NCBI GenBank assembly: GCA_046350755.1
Contig: JAXLZV010000001.1
Coordinates: 340,790-404,789 of the forward strand
Direction of reading: 5' to 3'
DNA: 64,000 nt
Source of the DNA: Candidatus Saccharimonadota bacterium
Lineage (GTDB): Bacteria > Patescibacteriota > Saccharimonadia > CAILAD01 > GCA-016700035
The stretch's first letter is position 1. The number at the start of each line of letters is the position of its first letter. Positions 46,329 through 57,293 of the stretch are shown here, in pieces. The notes beneath the pieces are model-generated. The model was not told the DNA's origin, did not search any database, and saw nothing but the letters and a program-made list of their open reading frames with translations. Both the position numbers and the translations under genes were made by a program.

Positions 46329-47096
46329 TTAATCCGCCCGGCGCACTAGCGGTGCGAGCCAACGCCGCGGCACGAACCGACTGAGAAAAATACTCAACTT
46401 ATTCCGCCAGCCGGGGATAATGATGAGCTTACCACGGCTTACGCCGCGATACGCTGCTTCGGCGACATCACGAGCATCGCCCGCTCGCCCAAAAAACCGG
46501 CTGCGCCCAGCGTGGGCATGCGACTGAAACATCGTCTTCGTCGGCCCTGGGCACAACACCGATACCTGTACCCCTTTCGGCCGCAGCTCTTCCGCCGCCG
46601 CTAGCGTCAAACTCAAGACATAGGCCTTCGTTGCATAATACACGTCCATATGTACACCCGGGAAAAAGGCAGCGATCGAGGCGACATTCAGTATCTTGCC
46701 ACTACCCCGCTTCGCCATCTCTGCACCATAGACCTTTGTCATCTCAGTCAGAACTGTGCAATTTAACTGAATCATCTCGGCTTCACGCGCCATATCGGTC
46801 GCGATCAGTTCGCCATATTCACCAAAGCCAGCATTATTAATCACGACATCTATCGTTAAGCCAGCCGCGCGAACTGCCTTGCGGATTTTTTCAACAGAGC
46901 CAGGGCTAGTCAGATCTAGGTGAAGTGGCCAAGCCTTTACGCCGTATTGATGCTCAATATTAGTCGCCACCCGACGCAACCGCTCTTCTTCACGCGCCAC
47001 GAGAAAGACATTATTCCCCTCCCGAGCAAAAACATGTGCCATTTCCATGCCGATGCCCGATGAGGCTCCGGTGATAAGTATAGTCTGCGGTTTCAT
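46329..47096 (-). CDS. Short-chain dehydrogenase/reductase
   Basis: TGASSGIG, NNAG and YYATK motifs. Confidence 0.92.
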   Translation of the reverse strand: MKPQTILITGASSGIGMEMAHVFAREGNNVFLVAREEERLRRVATNIEHQYGVKAWPLHLDLTSPGSVEKIRKAVRAAGLTIDVVINNAGFGEYGELIATDMAREAEMIQLNCTVLTEMTKVYGAEMAKRGSGKILNVASIAAFFPGVHMDVYYATKAYVLSLTLAAAEELRPKGVQVSVLCPGPTKTMFQSHAHAGRSRFFGRAGDARDVAEAAYRGVSRGKLIIIPGWRNKLSIFLSRFVPRRWLAPLVRRAD

Positions 47097-47163
47097 AATT
47101 TCATTATACCTGTCGGATATTGTTTTCACATCTGTTCACGTATAGTATTAAAGCAAAAGCATT

Positions 47164-48462
47164 ATGGAACAAATTGAACATCGCTGGAAAAAGACTAAGC
47201 GCTTCCTGAAACGACTCGGTCCGGGTATCGTTACCGGTGCAGCTGACGATGATCCGTCAGGGATAGCTACATACTCTCAAGCCGGAGCCGCTTTTGGCTT
47301 CCACATGATCTGGATGACCTTGTACATGCTACCGATGATGGTATCAGTGCAGGAGATCTCGGGGCGCATCGGGCTCGTGACAGGTAAAGGACTCGCAGCC
47401 GTCATAAAGAAAAACTACAACCGCTGGATCCTCTACTTTGCGGTCTTCTTCCTAGTATTCGCAAATGTAATTAACATCGGCGCTGATATTGGTGCCATGG
47501 CATCATCGGCCCAACTACTTTTTCCATCTGTCCCCTTTGTCTGGCTAACTATCTTCTTTAGCGTTGGTGTTGCACTCCTAGAAATCATCATTCCATATCG
47601 ACGCTACAGCAAAATACTGAAGTGGCTCGCCATCTCACTCTTCGCCTACGTCATCACCGCCTTTGTCGTCACGCAACCGTGGATGGACATTTTCAAGCAC
47701 CTGCTTATTCCGACCATTGAATTTACGCCAGCGTTCATTGTGACGATGGTTGCCGTACTAGGTACCACTATCTCACCTTACTTGTTTTTCTGGGAGCCGA
47801 GCCAGGAAGTCGAAGAAGAAATCCGCCACGGCTGGCTACGCATCACGAAGAATAAAAAGCCCGATATGACCGAGCGTCGAGTCACTGGTTTCCGGAAAGA
47901 CAATCTTACTGGCATGTTGTTTTCAGAGATGACGGCTTTTTTCATTATGGTGACGGCAGCATCGACTCTGCATGTTCAGGGCATCACTGACATTCCGAAT
48001 GCTGCCGCGGCGGCAAAAGCCATCGAACCGCTTGTACAAACTTTTCCTTACGCTGGCCAGATAGCAAAAACGATCTTCGCCCTCGGTATCATCGGCACAG
48101 GACTGCTGGCAATACCGGTCCTCGCCGGCTCGACAGCCTACGCCGTGAGTGAAGCCGTGGGCATAAAAGAGGGATTGTTCCGTAAGGCTGCCCGCGCAAA
48201 GGGCTTTTACATCATTATCGCCGGCGCAACTATCGGTGGCCTACTTATTAACTTCATCCAAATCGATCCTATCAAAGCCCTCTTCTGGTCGGCCGTCGTC
48301 AACGGCGTTCTCGCGGTGCCACTCATCGCCATCATCATCAAGATCGGTAGCAATCGCAAAATTATGGGTAAGTATACGACGCGCCCGCTCGTCAATCTCT
48401 TCGCCCGCATCACCTTCGTCGTGATGGCCTGCGCTGCCCTAGCAATGATTTTTGTTCACTAA
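47164..48462 (+). CDS. NRAMP-family divalent metal transporter
   Basis: LGPGIVTGAADDDPSGIATYSQAGA and GTTISPY motifs. Confidence 0.9.
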   Translation: MEQIEHRWKKTKRFLKRLGPGIVTGAADDDPSGIATYSQAGAAFGFHMIWMTLYMLPMMVSVQEISGRIGLVTGKGLAAVIKKNYNRWILYFAVFFLVFANVINIGADIGAMASSAQLLFPSVPFVWLTIFFSVGVALLEIIIPYRRYSKILKWLAISLFAYVITAFVVTQPWMDIFKHLLIPTIEFTPAFIVTMVAVLGTTISPYLFFWEPSQEVEEEIRHGWLRITKNKKPDMTERRVTGFRKDNLTGMLFSEMTAFFIMVTAASTLHVQGITDIPNAAAAAKAIEPLVQTFPYAGQIAKTIFALGIIGTGLLAIPVLAGSTAYAVSEAVGIKEGLFRKAARAKGFYIIIAGATIGGLLINFIQIDPIKALFWSAVVNGVLAVPLIAIIIKIGSNRKIMGKYTTRPLVNLFARITFVVMACAALAMIFVH

Positions 48463-48752
48463 CGAGAACTATTAACGCGGCGCTTAAACTCCGTGCCAGC
48501 CTTAAAATGTGGCGTTTTCGTGGCTTTGACATTAAGCTTCTCACCGGTATTTGGGTTGATACCGCGACGAGCTTTGCGGCTATGCAGTTCAAAGCTGCCG
48601 AAGCCGGACAGCATCACTTCACCGCCTGAGGCGACAGTCGCCTGAATAAGCTCAAGCTGCGCCTCTACTAAGGCTGCTACTTCGCGCTGAGTCAGCCCAG
48701 TCTGCTCGGCGAGCTGGCGAATGAGCATAGGTTTGGTAAGCTTCGACGCCAC
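48459..48752 (-). CDS. hup: HU DNA-binding protein
   Basis: GFGSF...RKARRGINPNTGE...PHFKAG. Confidence 0.93.
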   Translation of the reverse strand: MASKLTKPMLIRQLAEQTGLTQREVAALVEAQLELIQATVASGGEVMLSGFGSFELHSRKARRGINPNTGEKLNVKATKTPHFKAGTEFKRRVNSSR

Positions 48753-49552
48753 TAGACTTCCACCTCGCGAATGATCTGCTTGATCATGCGAGCTTTTTGG
48801 GTGGTGGTATCGATATCAATCAGTACGCTCGCGAATGTCACCGTACCAGTCATTGGTGTCTCATGTCGTCTAGGCTCATCGGTGAGCCAGCGGTGTAGAA
48901 TAATGTCCTTCTTCACGCCGAGTACCGTACCAGCCGGCCCAGTCATTCCAACGTCTGAAATAGCTGCCGTGCCACCGGGTAGAATACGGGCGTCGGCCGT
49001 TGGCACATGAGTGTGGGTCCCGACAACAACGCTGACTCGCCCATCGAAGTGATAGGCACTCGCAACTTTCTCGCTCGTTAAATCTCCGTGCAGATCGATC
49101 AGGCTCCCGGCTGTTGCTTCGTGGCCGTGGGCTTCAAGGATTTTGTCGGCAACGTGAAGTGGATGCTCGAGCTCCGACTGATCAGCCCCGTAGCGTGTGC
49201 CTTCGATCGAGATGAGCAGGAACTTACCATACGGGGTATCGATCAGTAACCAACCACGGCCTGGTCGATCGGTCGGATAATTCGCTGGTCGCAAAACTGG
49301 CACTGATGGGTCATCAAAATAGCTATTGAAAACAGCTTTCTTAAAACTATGATTACCACCGGTAAAAGCATCGACCCCACTCTCCAGCAGTTCGCGTACA
49401 GCTTTGATCGTCAGGCCATTACCAGTCGTCATGTTTTCCGACTGGGCGATCACGAGATCGATGCCGAGCTCCTCGCGCAAGTCAGGCAAGAGCTTCTGCG
49501 TCGCTCGACGTCCAATGCGCGCTACAATATCGCCGATGAAGAGGACTTTCAT
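48752..49552 (-). CDS. ymdB: YmdB-family metallophosphoesterase
   Basis: GDIV, GNH, TSEK, GTHTHVPTAD and DVGMTG motifs. Confidence 0.9.
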   Translation of the reverse strand: MKVLFIGDIVARIGRRATQKLLPDLREELGIDLVIAQSENMTTGNGLTIKAVRELLESGVDAFTGGNHSFKKAVFNSYFDDPSVPVLRPANYPTDRPGRGWLLIDTPYGKFLLISIEGTRYGADQSELEHPLHVADKILEAHGHEATAGSLIDLHGDLTSEKVASAYHFDGRVSVVVGTHTHVPTADARILPGGTAAISDVGMTGPAGTVLGVKKDIILHRWLTDEPRRHETPMTGTVTFASVLIDIDTTTQKARMIKQIIREVEV

Positions 49553-49905
49553 CGCAGATACTTCCTGAGTTGCTCCCGATACTTTTGCGTATCACTGCAT
49601 GATTCATAATCATTGGCGCGCGCGTTTTGTGGTGGGTCATCGCAACTCATAGAGAGCCTAATACGCTCAATGGTCGGCAATTCACCGCGCGCCAACTCAG
49701 GATAGCTACAGTAGATATCTGTTTCGCGCACATCCGCTGTAATTCTATCGCAATCGAACTGCTTGCGAATCTGCTCGTCAGTTTTTCTACCAAAATTTAT
49801 ATTTGTACCAGTCTTAGTGCCAAAAGCAAGAAAAATGAGCAAAGCAGCTATCGCTAGAAAAGCAAGAATAACTAACAACGTGACAACTTGTTTTGACCCC
49901 TTCAT
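49549..49905 (-). CDS. Membrane-anchored protein with four Cys
   Basis: N-terminal TM; coupled between rny and ymdB. Confidence 0.65.
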   Translation of the reverse strand: MKGSKQVVTLLVILAFLAIAALLIFLAFGTKTGTNINFGRKTDEQIRKQFDCDRITADVRETDIYCSYPELARGELPTIERIRLSMSCDDPPQNARANDYESCSDTQKYREQLRKYLR

Positions 49906-51420
49906 CTATTTGGCATACTCCTCGGCCCGTGTCTCGCGGATGACATTCACCTTAATCGTACCCGGATATTTCAGTGTGGCTTCGATTTTGGTGGCGATAT
50001 CACGGGCGAGTTTGATAGCCGAAAGATCATCGATCTCTGCTGGACGAACAAAGACGCGAATCTCGCGACCGGCTGACATGGCATAGGTTTTCTCAAGACC
50101 CGGGAAAGTCTTGGCGATGTTCTCGAGGTCAGTCATGCGCTTGGCAAAATTCTCGACCGAATCACCACGCGCACCTGGCCGTCCGGCGCTCAAGGCATCA
50201 ACCGCGCGGACGATCACCGCCTCAGGTGTGGTGGCTTCGATGTCGTCGTGATGAGCTTCAGCCGCGTGAATCGTCGGCTCATCCAAGCCATACTTTTCGA
50301 GTAGTACGCGCGTCAGGTGGTGGTGCTTACCTTCCATCTCATGCGTAACGGCTTTACCGAGATCATGCAGATAGGCCGCTCGACGAGTGACGCGCACGTC
50401 GGCGCCAACTTCTTCGGCGATCATGGCAGCAAGATGTGCCATCTCAACTGAGTGCTGCAAAACATTCTGCGAGTAGCTCGTACGAAACTTCATCGAACCC
50501 ATCAATCGAACAATCTCTGGCGGTAAACCGACGACGCCAGCTTCCCGCCCGGCCTCTTCACCGGCTTTTTTGATCTCATCCTCAATATCATTCTGAGCTT
50601 TTTTGACGACCTCTTCGATGCGGGCTGGATGAATGCGCCCATCCTTAATCAACCGCTCCATAGCTACCCGAGCAACCTGGCGCCGAATCGGATCAAAGCC
50701 GGAAAGCACCACCACGCCAGGCGTTTCATCGACCAGAATATCCACGCCGGTCGCCCGTTCGAGCGCCTGAATGTTGCGACCCTCCTTACCGATGATCCGG
50801 CCTTTCACGTCATCACTCGGTAGCGCCACCGTCGTAACCACCCGTTCTGTCGCCACTTCGGTCGCCATCCGCTCCATCGCCTCAACCATGATTTCCGAGG
50901 CATTATGATCGGCTGTTTCCTTGGCTTCACGCTTGCGCTTTTCAATGTATTCGGCCAAATCATGTTTGATCTCTTTCTCGGTCATCTCCATGATTTTCTT
51001 GGTCGCGTCAGCTTTTTTGAGTTTGGCGATTTTCTCAAGATTTTCTTCTTGCTTCGCCCGGATGGCTCGCAGCTCATCCTTGATAGCTTCGATCTCTTTT
51101 TCTGAACTTTTCAGCGCGTCGCTCTTGCGTTCCAGCTCGGAAAACTTCGCGTCCAATGACGCCTCGCGATTAGCCACCCGCTTTTCGGTTTCAGCCAGAC
51201 GATCCCGCACGCGCTTCTCTTCGGCCTTGGCTTCTTCATTTATCTTGACGGCTTCTTCTTTAGCCGCCAGCGTCACTTCTTTGGCTTTGGCTTTCGCGTC
51301 ATCGATGACTTTTTTGGCTTCTCCTTCGGCAGCCTTCGATGTGTTTTTATCGTATATCGTTTTAGCCCCCACGCCGGCGGCCAGTGCTACGACCGCAGCA
51401 ACTAGAGTAATTGGCTCCAT
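49906..51420 (-). CDS. rny: Ribonuclease Y
   Basis: TM plus coiled coil, KH domain (KGRIIGKEGRNI) and HD domain (LHDLGK). Confidence 0.96.
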   Translation of the reverse strand: MEPITLVAAVVALAAGVGAKTIYDKNTSKAAEGEAKKVIDDAKAKAKEVTLAAKEEAVKINEEAKAEEKRVRDRLAETEKRVANREASLDAKFSELERKSDALKSSEKEIEAIKDELRAIRAKQEENLEKIAKLKKADATKKIMEMTEKEIKHDLAEYIEKRKREAKETADHNASEIMVEAMERMATEVATERVVTTVALPSDDVKGRIIGKEGRNIQALERATGVDILVDETPGVVVLSGFDPIRRQVARVAMERLIKDGRIHPARIEEVVKKAQNDIEDEIKKAGEEAGREAGVVGLPPEIVRLMGSMKFRTSYSQNVLQHSVEMAHLAAMIAEEVGADVRVTRRAAYLHDLGKAVTHEMEGKHHHLTRVLLEKYGLDEPTIHAAEAHHDDIEATTPEAVIVRAVDALSAGRPGARGDSVENFAKRMTDLENIAKTFPGLEKTYAMSAGREIRVFVRPAEIDDLSAIKLARDIATKIEATLKYPGTIKVNVIRETRAEEYAK

Positions 51421-51580
51421 AGATCACCTCTTTCTTCCAGCTCTTGGCCGTCGGTGAGTCGCCAAGAGGTCAAAACTTAATGTGTTGTGTTTCGTAAATA
51501 AGCAAAAATTCCAGAATGTTCGGAATGTCTTTATTCTTCGCCTTTTTTGAGGTGAGTGCAAGTCAGGCTATACTAAGCCA

Positions 51581-52018
51581 ATGCAGGTTGGACCAGAAAT
51601 TCCAAATTCATACTATCGGGTCAGCGTGAAAGCCCTCATCACCGATCCGGAAGCCAGGGTCCTTGCCGTCAATGAACGAGGCACCGGCTGGGGTTTGCCA
51701 GGTGGCGGGCTTGATTGGGGAGAAAATGCCCATCAGGCTTTAGCACGAGAACTACAGGAAGAGCTTGGCTGTAATGCCGAGATAGAAAAGCAACCCGTAC
51801 TGATTGCGCCCGCTCATGCCCACTCACATAATCAGCACGTACTGTGGATCGTTTATAGGGCCCATATTGATCCAAAGCATATATCGGAGGTTACACAGGC
51901 CGATGATGTACGCTTCATGACCGTTCAAGAGCTCAAGGCTAAGGAAGAATATTACGAAGTTACGTGGGAAAGCCCGATCGACTTCTGGGCCGAACTCCAA
52001 GCTCTTATCGCAAGTTAA
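51581..52018 (+). CDS. NUDIX hydrolase
   Basis: GGGLDWGE...ALARELQEELG Nudix box. Confidence 0.9.
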   Translation: MQVGPEIPNSYYRVSVKALITDPEARVLAVNERGTGWGLPGGGLDWGENAHQALARELQEELGCNAEIEKQPVLIAPAHAHSHNQHVLWIVYRAHIDPKHISEVTQADDVRFMTVQELKAKEEYYEVTWESPIDFWAELQALIAS

Positions 52019-52890
52019 GAGCTATTTTTTGGCAAATACGGATATTTTTTATCCAGCTGCCTCGCGAGCCAGGGGCCGATATCATCACGCATAGCCGCGA
52101 AATCGGCTTCATCCTCAGCCGAAAAGAGGGCTTGAGTGAGTGCGCGACGCATCGCCGGCTCCTTTTCTGGATAGTGTTTTGAAAAAAGTTCGTAACAGGG
52201 ATAGAGGTCGCGCGTGTAGGCTTGCTCATCCTCCATGACGAGTTCCATTCCGGCACGTAAGATCTGCTTACCGAGCCATTTGGTTTTATGTTTGAGGGTT
52301 ATGTTTGGCTCGGTAAAATAATCGGGCTGGATTATTTTCTCGAAGTTCCAGCGCGCGATAAGAGCGCCCCGGCCTGGCTTCACTCTTTGCAGCTGGTCGG
52401 AGATGTCTTCGCCGGCAGCGCAAGCCGAGAGCGTTTTTATGAGAAAAGCCCGCACTTTCTGCTCACCATGCAACACTGAATCAACTGAAGCTTGTCCAAA
52501 ATCTACACCCATCACAAACGGATACTTGTCACGTAGATCAGTTGCAAATTGACGACGCCAGGACCAGTCAATGTCTTTTGGATCACCATTAACGAGTACC
52601 AAGCCGTCAATGTCAGATACACCTTCAACAGCGGTCCCGCGGACGAGCGAACCACGAATGTAGAGGCTGTGAAAGTTATCTCCCAGTTCAGATTGGAATT
52701 TCTCAATTAGCTCCTGGGCTGGCTCATCCCAGGGTGCACCGATATTCTCCATTAATGACTCACTCACGAGATAGCCTTCAGTGTCCGTACGCAGCACTTT
52801 GCCAATCTGCAAGATTCTCTGCTCACCTAAATCTTGCTGGACTTCATTCATACCACTAGGCACTTCTCCACCGCGCTCTGATTTATCCAT
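52015..52890 (-). CDS. Nucleotidyltransferase-domain protein
   Basis: YIRGSLVRG...SDID motif; YTRDLYPC. Confidence 0.8.
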   Translation of the reverse strand: MDKSERGGEVPSGMNEVQQDLGEQRILQIGKVLRTDTEGYLVSESLMENIGAPWDEPAQELIEKFQSELGDNFHSLYIRGSLVRGTAVEGVSDIDGLVLVNGDPKDIDWSWRRQFATDLRDKYPFVMGVDFGQASVDSVLHGEQKVRAFLIKTLSACAAGEDISDQLQRVKPGRGALIARWNFEKIIQPDYFTEPNITLKHKTKWLGKQILRAGMELVMEDEQAYTRDLYPCYELFSKHYPEKEPAMRRALTQALFSAEDEADFAAMRDDIGPWLARQLDKKYPYLPKNSS

Positions 52891-52893
52891 GAG

Positions 52894-53286
52894 TTACTCC
52901 TTGGGCCTCGTGATATTCGGCTCACGGTCGTAGGTTGGTACGACATAATCGCCCGGCTTGGCAGTTTTCAGCTTAGACAGTCCGTCAGTAATCCAATCCT
53001 GACCTTCGCCCGCAGCTATCGGAATGTTATTGGCATACGCCAGGGCATTCACCACCGTCGCACCGATGCGCAGGCCGGTGAACGAGCCAGCACCAGAAAA
53101 AACGATCAAGCCAGTTAGCTCCCGTGTGCTACTGTCCTGTTCGCTCAGGAACGTCTGTATGGTCGACACTAGCGTAGCGGCCAACTCACGATGGGCCACC
53201 CAGGTATGCTCGGCTATTGCTTTGCCGTCAGCAGCAAGTAAGTGTAACTCTGCTTCTGGCTTATCAGTGCGCAGTGTAAGAATCAT
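52894..53286 (-). CDS. tsaB: Short TsaB
   Basis: GAGSFTGLRIG motif; YDREPNIT end. Confidence 0.85.
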   Translation of the reverse strand: MILTLRTDKPEAELHLLAADGKAIAEHTWVAHRELAATLVSTIQTFLSEQDSSTRELTGLIVFSGAGSFTGLRIGATVVNALAYANNIPIAAGEGQDWITDGLSKLKTAKPGDYVVPTYDREPNITRPKE

Positions 53287-53765
53287 ACAGGTAGCTCCAA
53301 CTTAGCCAATCGTTGACGGGTTGATGGCCCAGTTCCCCGCAGCTCAATCCGGCGATTGTCGCCGTTCAAATAATGCACCTCAACGACAAACCGATCTGCC
53401 TGCAGGCTTTCGCGAAAGTGATCGGCCCACTCGACACAGATGATCGCATCACCAGCCTCGATAATCTCGCGCATTTCTTGCAGCAAAATCTCATCATCGC
53501 CCAGACGATATAGATCATAGTGCTCGAGCGTACCACCATTTGGAAGCTTATACGAACGCTGAATGTTATATGTTGGGCTAGTCACTGTCTGCTCGATACC
53601 CAGTCCCTGTGCGATGCCCTTGATAAGCGTCGTCTTACCACCACCGAGATCACCGACAAACTCCACGACGTCACCCAGCTGCAAGATGTGGCCAAGCCTA
53701 CTTCCCAGCGCCAAGCTTTGCTCGGAGCTTTGTGAAGAAACTGAGAATTTCTGGTCTGTACTCAT
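53283..53765 (-). CDS. tsaE: tRNA threonylcarbamoyladenosine ATPase TsaE
   Basis: GDLGGGKTT, SPTY, HYDLYRL and VEW motifs. Confidence 0.93.
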   Translation of the reverse strand: MSTDQKFSVSSQSSEQSLALGSRLGHILQLGDVVEFVGDLGGGKTTLIKGIAQGLGIEQTVTSPTYNIQRSYKLPNGGTLEHYDLYRLGDDEILLQEMREIIEAGDAIICVEWADHFRESLQADRFVVEVHYLNGDNRRIELRGTGPSTRQRLAKLELPV

Positions 53766-54996
53766 ATGCTCCATATCCTACCCCGAGAACCCCTAATCCG
53801 GCTAGTAACCAAGGCCACGGCACGGTCGAAGACCGATCATCAGCCACCCCATCGGTCGAACCCGAGCTATTACTAGCAGCGGCAGTTTTCGCCAGCTTTG
53901 GCGTTTTAGCGGCACTCGAACGCTTCGACGAGGCGGATTTCGCGTTGGCCTTCTTTGCCTTACTGGCTGCAGACGTGGAACCCCCCTGATCTGTAGCCAA
54001 GCCCGCATTCACCGAGCCTGGGGTTGGAGTCGTCAACCAACCCCAACCCGACGGCGTGACACCAAAGCTCTTACCGGACTGAGATTTACCATAATTTGGC
54101 GTCGTCATAACCACCGCCCCAGAAGGCGCAATCAGCGAAACAGTATCGCCATCGTTATTGAGTGACAACTTAGTCTGCGGAGCAAACAGGGCTAAATATC
54201 CACCAGCCGGAATCTGCTGACCATCAAGCTTGGTAACATGGCCGCCAGCATCGGTTAGTTGCCAGCCATTCAGTATCACAGCTTGAGTCTCTGCATTATA
54301 AAGCTCAACAAATTCATCCTGAGCATCAGTCTGAGGTTTGGCTGGGTCTGGAAAAAGCTCAGTAATCTCAAGGGCGGCCTCTTGATCTACCGCCTGACTT
54401 GCACCGCTAGACGTCGGCGTGGTGGCGGCGGTGGCTGAGGGAACTATCGGCTGATCAACGTTCAAGACGGTAAAATCCACTTGATTATCATTGCTGTCCT
54501 GGCATACCCGTGCGTCGTCATCGCAAATACGGCTCAAAGCCTCGCCAAATCTCGGGGCCGGAGCAGGACGACCCTCGGCCGCATCAGCACTCCCCCAGCC
54601 CACCCGATCGAGTACCGTTCCGTCGCCAGCAACCAAACGAAGATTTCCACCGGCCTGCGCCAGCCCATCTACTAACGCGTAATCATGGGCTCGCACCGAC
54701 GCAAACGTAAGATTTGCATAACCATCGAGTTGACGACTATCAGCTACGTCGGCCTTATGATACCAGCTCTTTCCCGTCGCCGATTTATACTCGAGACTCA
54801 GGCCCTATATATCGACTGCTCCACCTCCGGCGTTGGTCACAACCACATACTCATCGCTAGCATTGGTTGGCGAACCCGCATATATCTCACTAATGATGAG
54901 GCTAGACGAACGCAGGGATGGATTCACGGCTTCAGCGAAAGCTCGCAGTGGTAAAAGTGACAAAGTCAGGGTGAGGAGAATGGGTAACTTTTTCAT
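53698..54996 (-). pseudogene. Two-lamin-tail-domain surface protein interrupted by one in-frame TAG (54805-54807)
   Basis: Signal peptide and LIISEI...DEYV...VDI*GLSLEYKS read in frame into the downstream ORF (LEITELFPDP...DEFVELYN, C-terminal TM). Confidence 0.75.
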
Positions 54997-55124
54997 GTTC
55001 GCCATCATACCCAGGACAAAAACCGAAAGTAAAGCGTATGCATATTCATCAACCTAAATTTAGATTTTCGAAGCTCACAAACTACCCCTCTTGAATACTC
55101 CTTATGCTAAAATAGACTACGAAT

Positions 55125-57266
55125 ATGCGCATCTCTGTTGATACCCTCAAAAACATTCTGCTGGCCAGCAAAAAGGTGACGCCGGAAGTCTTAAGGCAGG
55201 CCGAGCAAACCGCAGCCCAGACCGGGCAATCGCTTGAGCAGATTGTCATCCATCGCCATCTGATTGGTGAGCGTGACCTGGTCGCATTGTATGCCAAGTC
55301 GATTAATCTCCCCTACGTTGACTTGACGAATGTTAAGATCCCCCGCGAAGTCCTGTCACATATCCCGGAACGGATCGCCAAGAAGTACCAGGCTGTCATC
55401 TTTGGCGTCGACAAAACTAAGAATATTTGGCAGCTGGCTATGTCTGACCCCGAAGATGTTCAGACCGTCGACGTCATCGAGAAGCAGCTTGGCGGCAGCA
55501 TCCAGGTGTATGTCGCCACTGCCGGTGATATCGCCAGCGTGCTTGATCAGTACCGCACCGGCCTTGATTCGGAAATCAGTCAAGCAATCCAAGCCAGTTC
55601 GACCGACTCATCAAAGAGTGATGCTAGCGATACGGTCAGCGCTGAAGATATTTCCGAAGACGCGCCAATCGCTAAAACTGTGAACATTATTCTCGAATAC
55701 GCCGTCAAAAGTCGGGCTTCTGACGTCCATATCGAACCGCGCGAGGGTATCGTCCAGATTCGCTATCGCATCGATGGCATCCTGCGCGAATCGATGACGT
55801 TGCCACGTCAGATTCTGCCGGCTGTCGTGAGTCGCATTAAAATTCTCGCCAACCTCAAGATCGACGAACACCGTGTTCCCCAGGACGGTCGCTTTAAGGC
55901 GACGATTGGCTCGAAGACGGCCGCTATACGTGTTGCCACCCTGCCGGTTATGGATGGCGAGAAGGTCGTCATGCGTATCCTCGACGAATCTACCAAGGCT
56001 GCAACCCTTGAAGAACTCGGCTTCTCAGGGCAAGCTCTAGAATCAATCAAAGCCGGCATGAAGCAACCAAATGGCATGATCCTGGTGACTGGACCAACTG
56101 GAGCCGGTAAATCAACCACCCTGTACAGCGTACTTACCCTCATGAACACCCCAAGCGTGAATATTAGTACGATTGAAGATCCGGTCGAATACCGCATCCA
56201 AGGCGTCAATCAAACGCAAGTGAATGCTCAAGCCGGTATGACTTTTGCGAATGGTTTGCGCGCCCTCTTGCGTCAAGATCCGAATATCATCATGGTCGGG
56301 GAAATCCGCGACTCAGAGACAGCAAATCTCGCCGTCCAAGCCGCCCTGACTGGCCATACCGTACTCTCAACTCTCCATACGAGCAATGCTGCCACCACGC
56401 TACCCCGTTTGCTCGAAATGAATATTGAACCCTTCCTGATTGCTACCACCGTCAACACCGTCATTGCTCAACGCCTAGTTCGTCGGCTCTGCCCGCAGTG
56501 CAAGCAAGCCTACACCCCAAGCGGAACATTGCTTGAGGAGATTAAAAAGACCTTTAATATCGAGCGCACCCTAAGCCATCTCAATGGCCAAACCGCCGAG
56601 CCTACAAAACACCTGCCAACTCCCACCGCTTCATCGGATAAGCCCGCTCAACCGATTATCGCGACGGGTAATTCACGGCTCGCCCAACCAGTTGCGCAGC
56701 TGGCCCCAACGGCCGATCTAAAAACTAAACAGGGGGAATCGCGCAAAGTGATTCAGCCTCCAGCCGATCTAGATCTCGAGCGCAAGAGCATACTTGATCG
56801 CATCGCCCAGGACCCCAATATTATCGATCGACCATCTGGTACAGCCGATAACACCAGCATCGGTTTACCGCCCGACCCACAACTGCCAAAACCTGTTACC
56901 AAAGATGGTAGTGATGGAAAAATTCAGGAGATCCCAGCGACTGAGCCAGCCGCACTCCACCCAACCCCGATTGATGAAAAACCACCGGCTGAAGCTGCGA
57001 ATAGTAATGCTGAAAATCTCGTCCTCTATCACGCTATCGGCTGCAAGGCCTGCGACAAATCTGGTTTTAGTGGCCGTATGGGCATCTACGAAGTACTAGA
57101 TATCTCGTCGGCGATTGCCAAACTTATCACCGCCAAAGCCACTGCCGATGATATCCAAAAAGCCGGCATGGATAACGGCATGATAACTATGCAGGAAGAC
57201 GGTTTTCTAAAAACCCTCAAAGGCGAAACGACCATCGAGGAAGTCCTTCGGGTAACTCGCGAGTAA
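55125..57266 (+). CDS. pilB: Type IV pilus assembly ATPase PilB/GspE
   Basis: ASDVHIEP, GPTGAGKST, LRQDPNIIMVGEIRD and GRMGIYE motifs. Confidence 0.93.
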   Translation: MRISVDTLKNILLASKKVTPEVLRQAEQTAAQTGQSLEQIVIHRHLIGERDLVALYAKSINLPYVDLTNVKIPREVLSHIPERIAKKYQAVIFGVDKTKNIWQLAMSDPEDVQTVDVIEKQLGGSIQVYVATAGDIASVLDQYRTGLDSEISQAIQASSTDSSKSDASDTVSAEDISEDAPIAKTVNIILEYAVKSRASDVHIEPREGIVQIRYRIDGILRESMTLPRQILPAVVSRIKILANLKIDEHRVPQDGRFKATIGSKTAAIRVATLPVMDGEKVVMRILDESTKAATLEELGFSGQALESIKAGMKQPNGMILVTGPTGAGKSTTLYSVLTLMNTPSVNISTIEDPVEYRIQGVNQTQVNAQAGMTFANGLRALLRQDPNIIMVGEIRDSETANLAVQAALTGHTVLSTLHTSNAATTLPRLLEMNIEPFLIATTVNTVIAQRLVRRLCPQCKQAYTPSGTLLEEIKKTFNIERTLSHLNGQTAEPTKHLPTPTASSDKPAQPIIATGNSRLAQPVAQLAPTADLKTKQGESRKVIQPPADLDLERKSILDRIAQDPNIIDRPSGTADNTSIGLPPDPQLPKPVTKDGSDGKIQEIPATEPAALHPTPIDEKPPAEAANSNAENLVLYHAIGCKACDKSGFSGRMGIYEVLDISSAIAKLITAKATADDIQKAGMDNGMITMQEDGFLKTLKGETTIEEVLRVTRE

Positions 57267-57293
57267 ACTGAATTTTAGGCAAACCAAACAAAC

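Noticed and set aside
52894-53286. tsaB as a truncated pseudogene
   Set aside because: Short TsaB with a YxxEPNIT-type end is usual in CPR, and there is no in-frame continuation.
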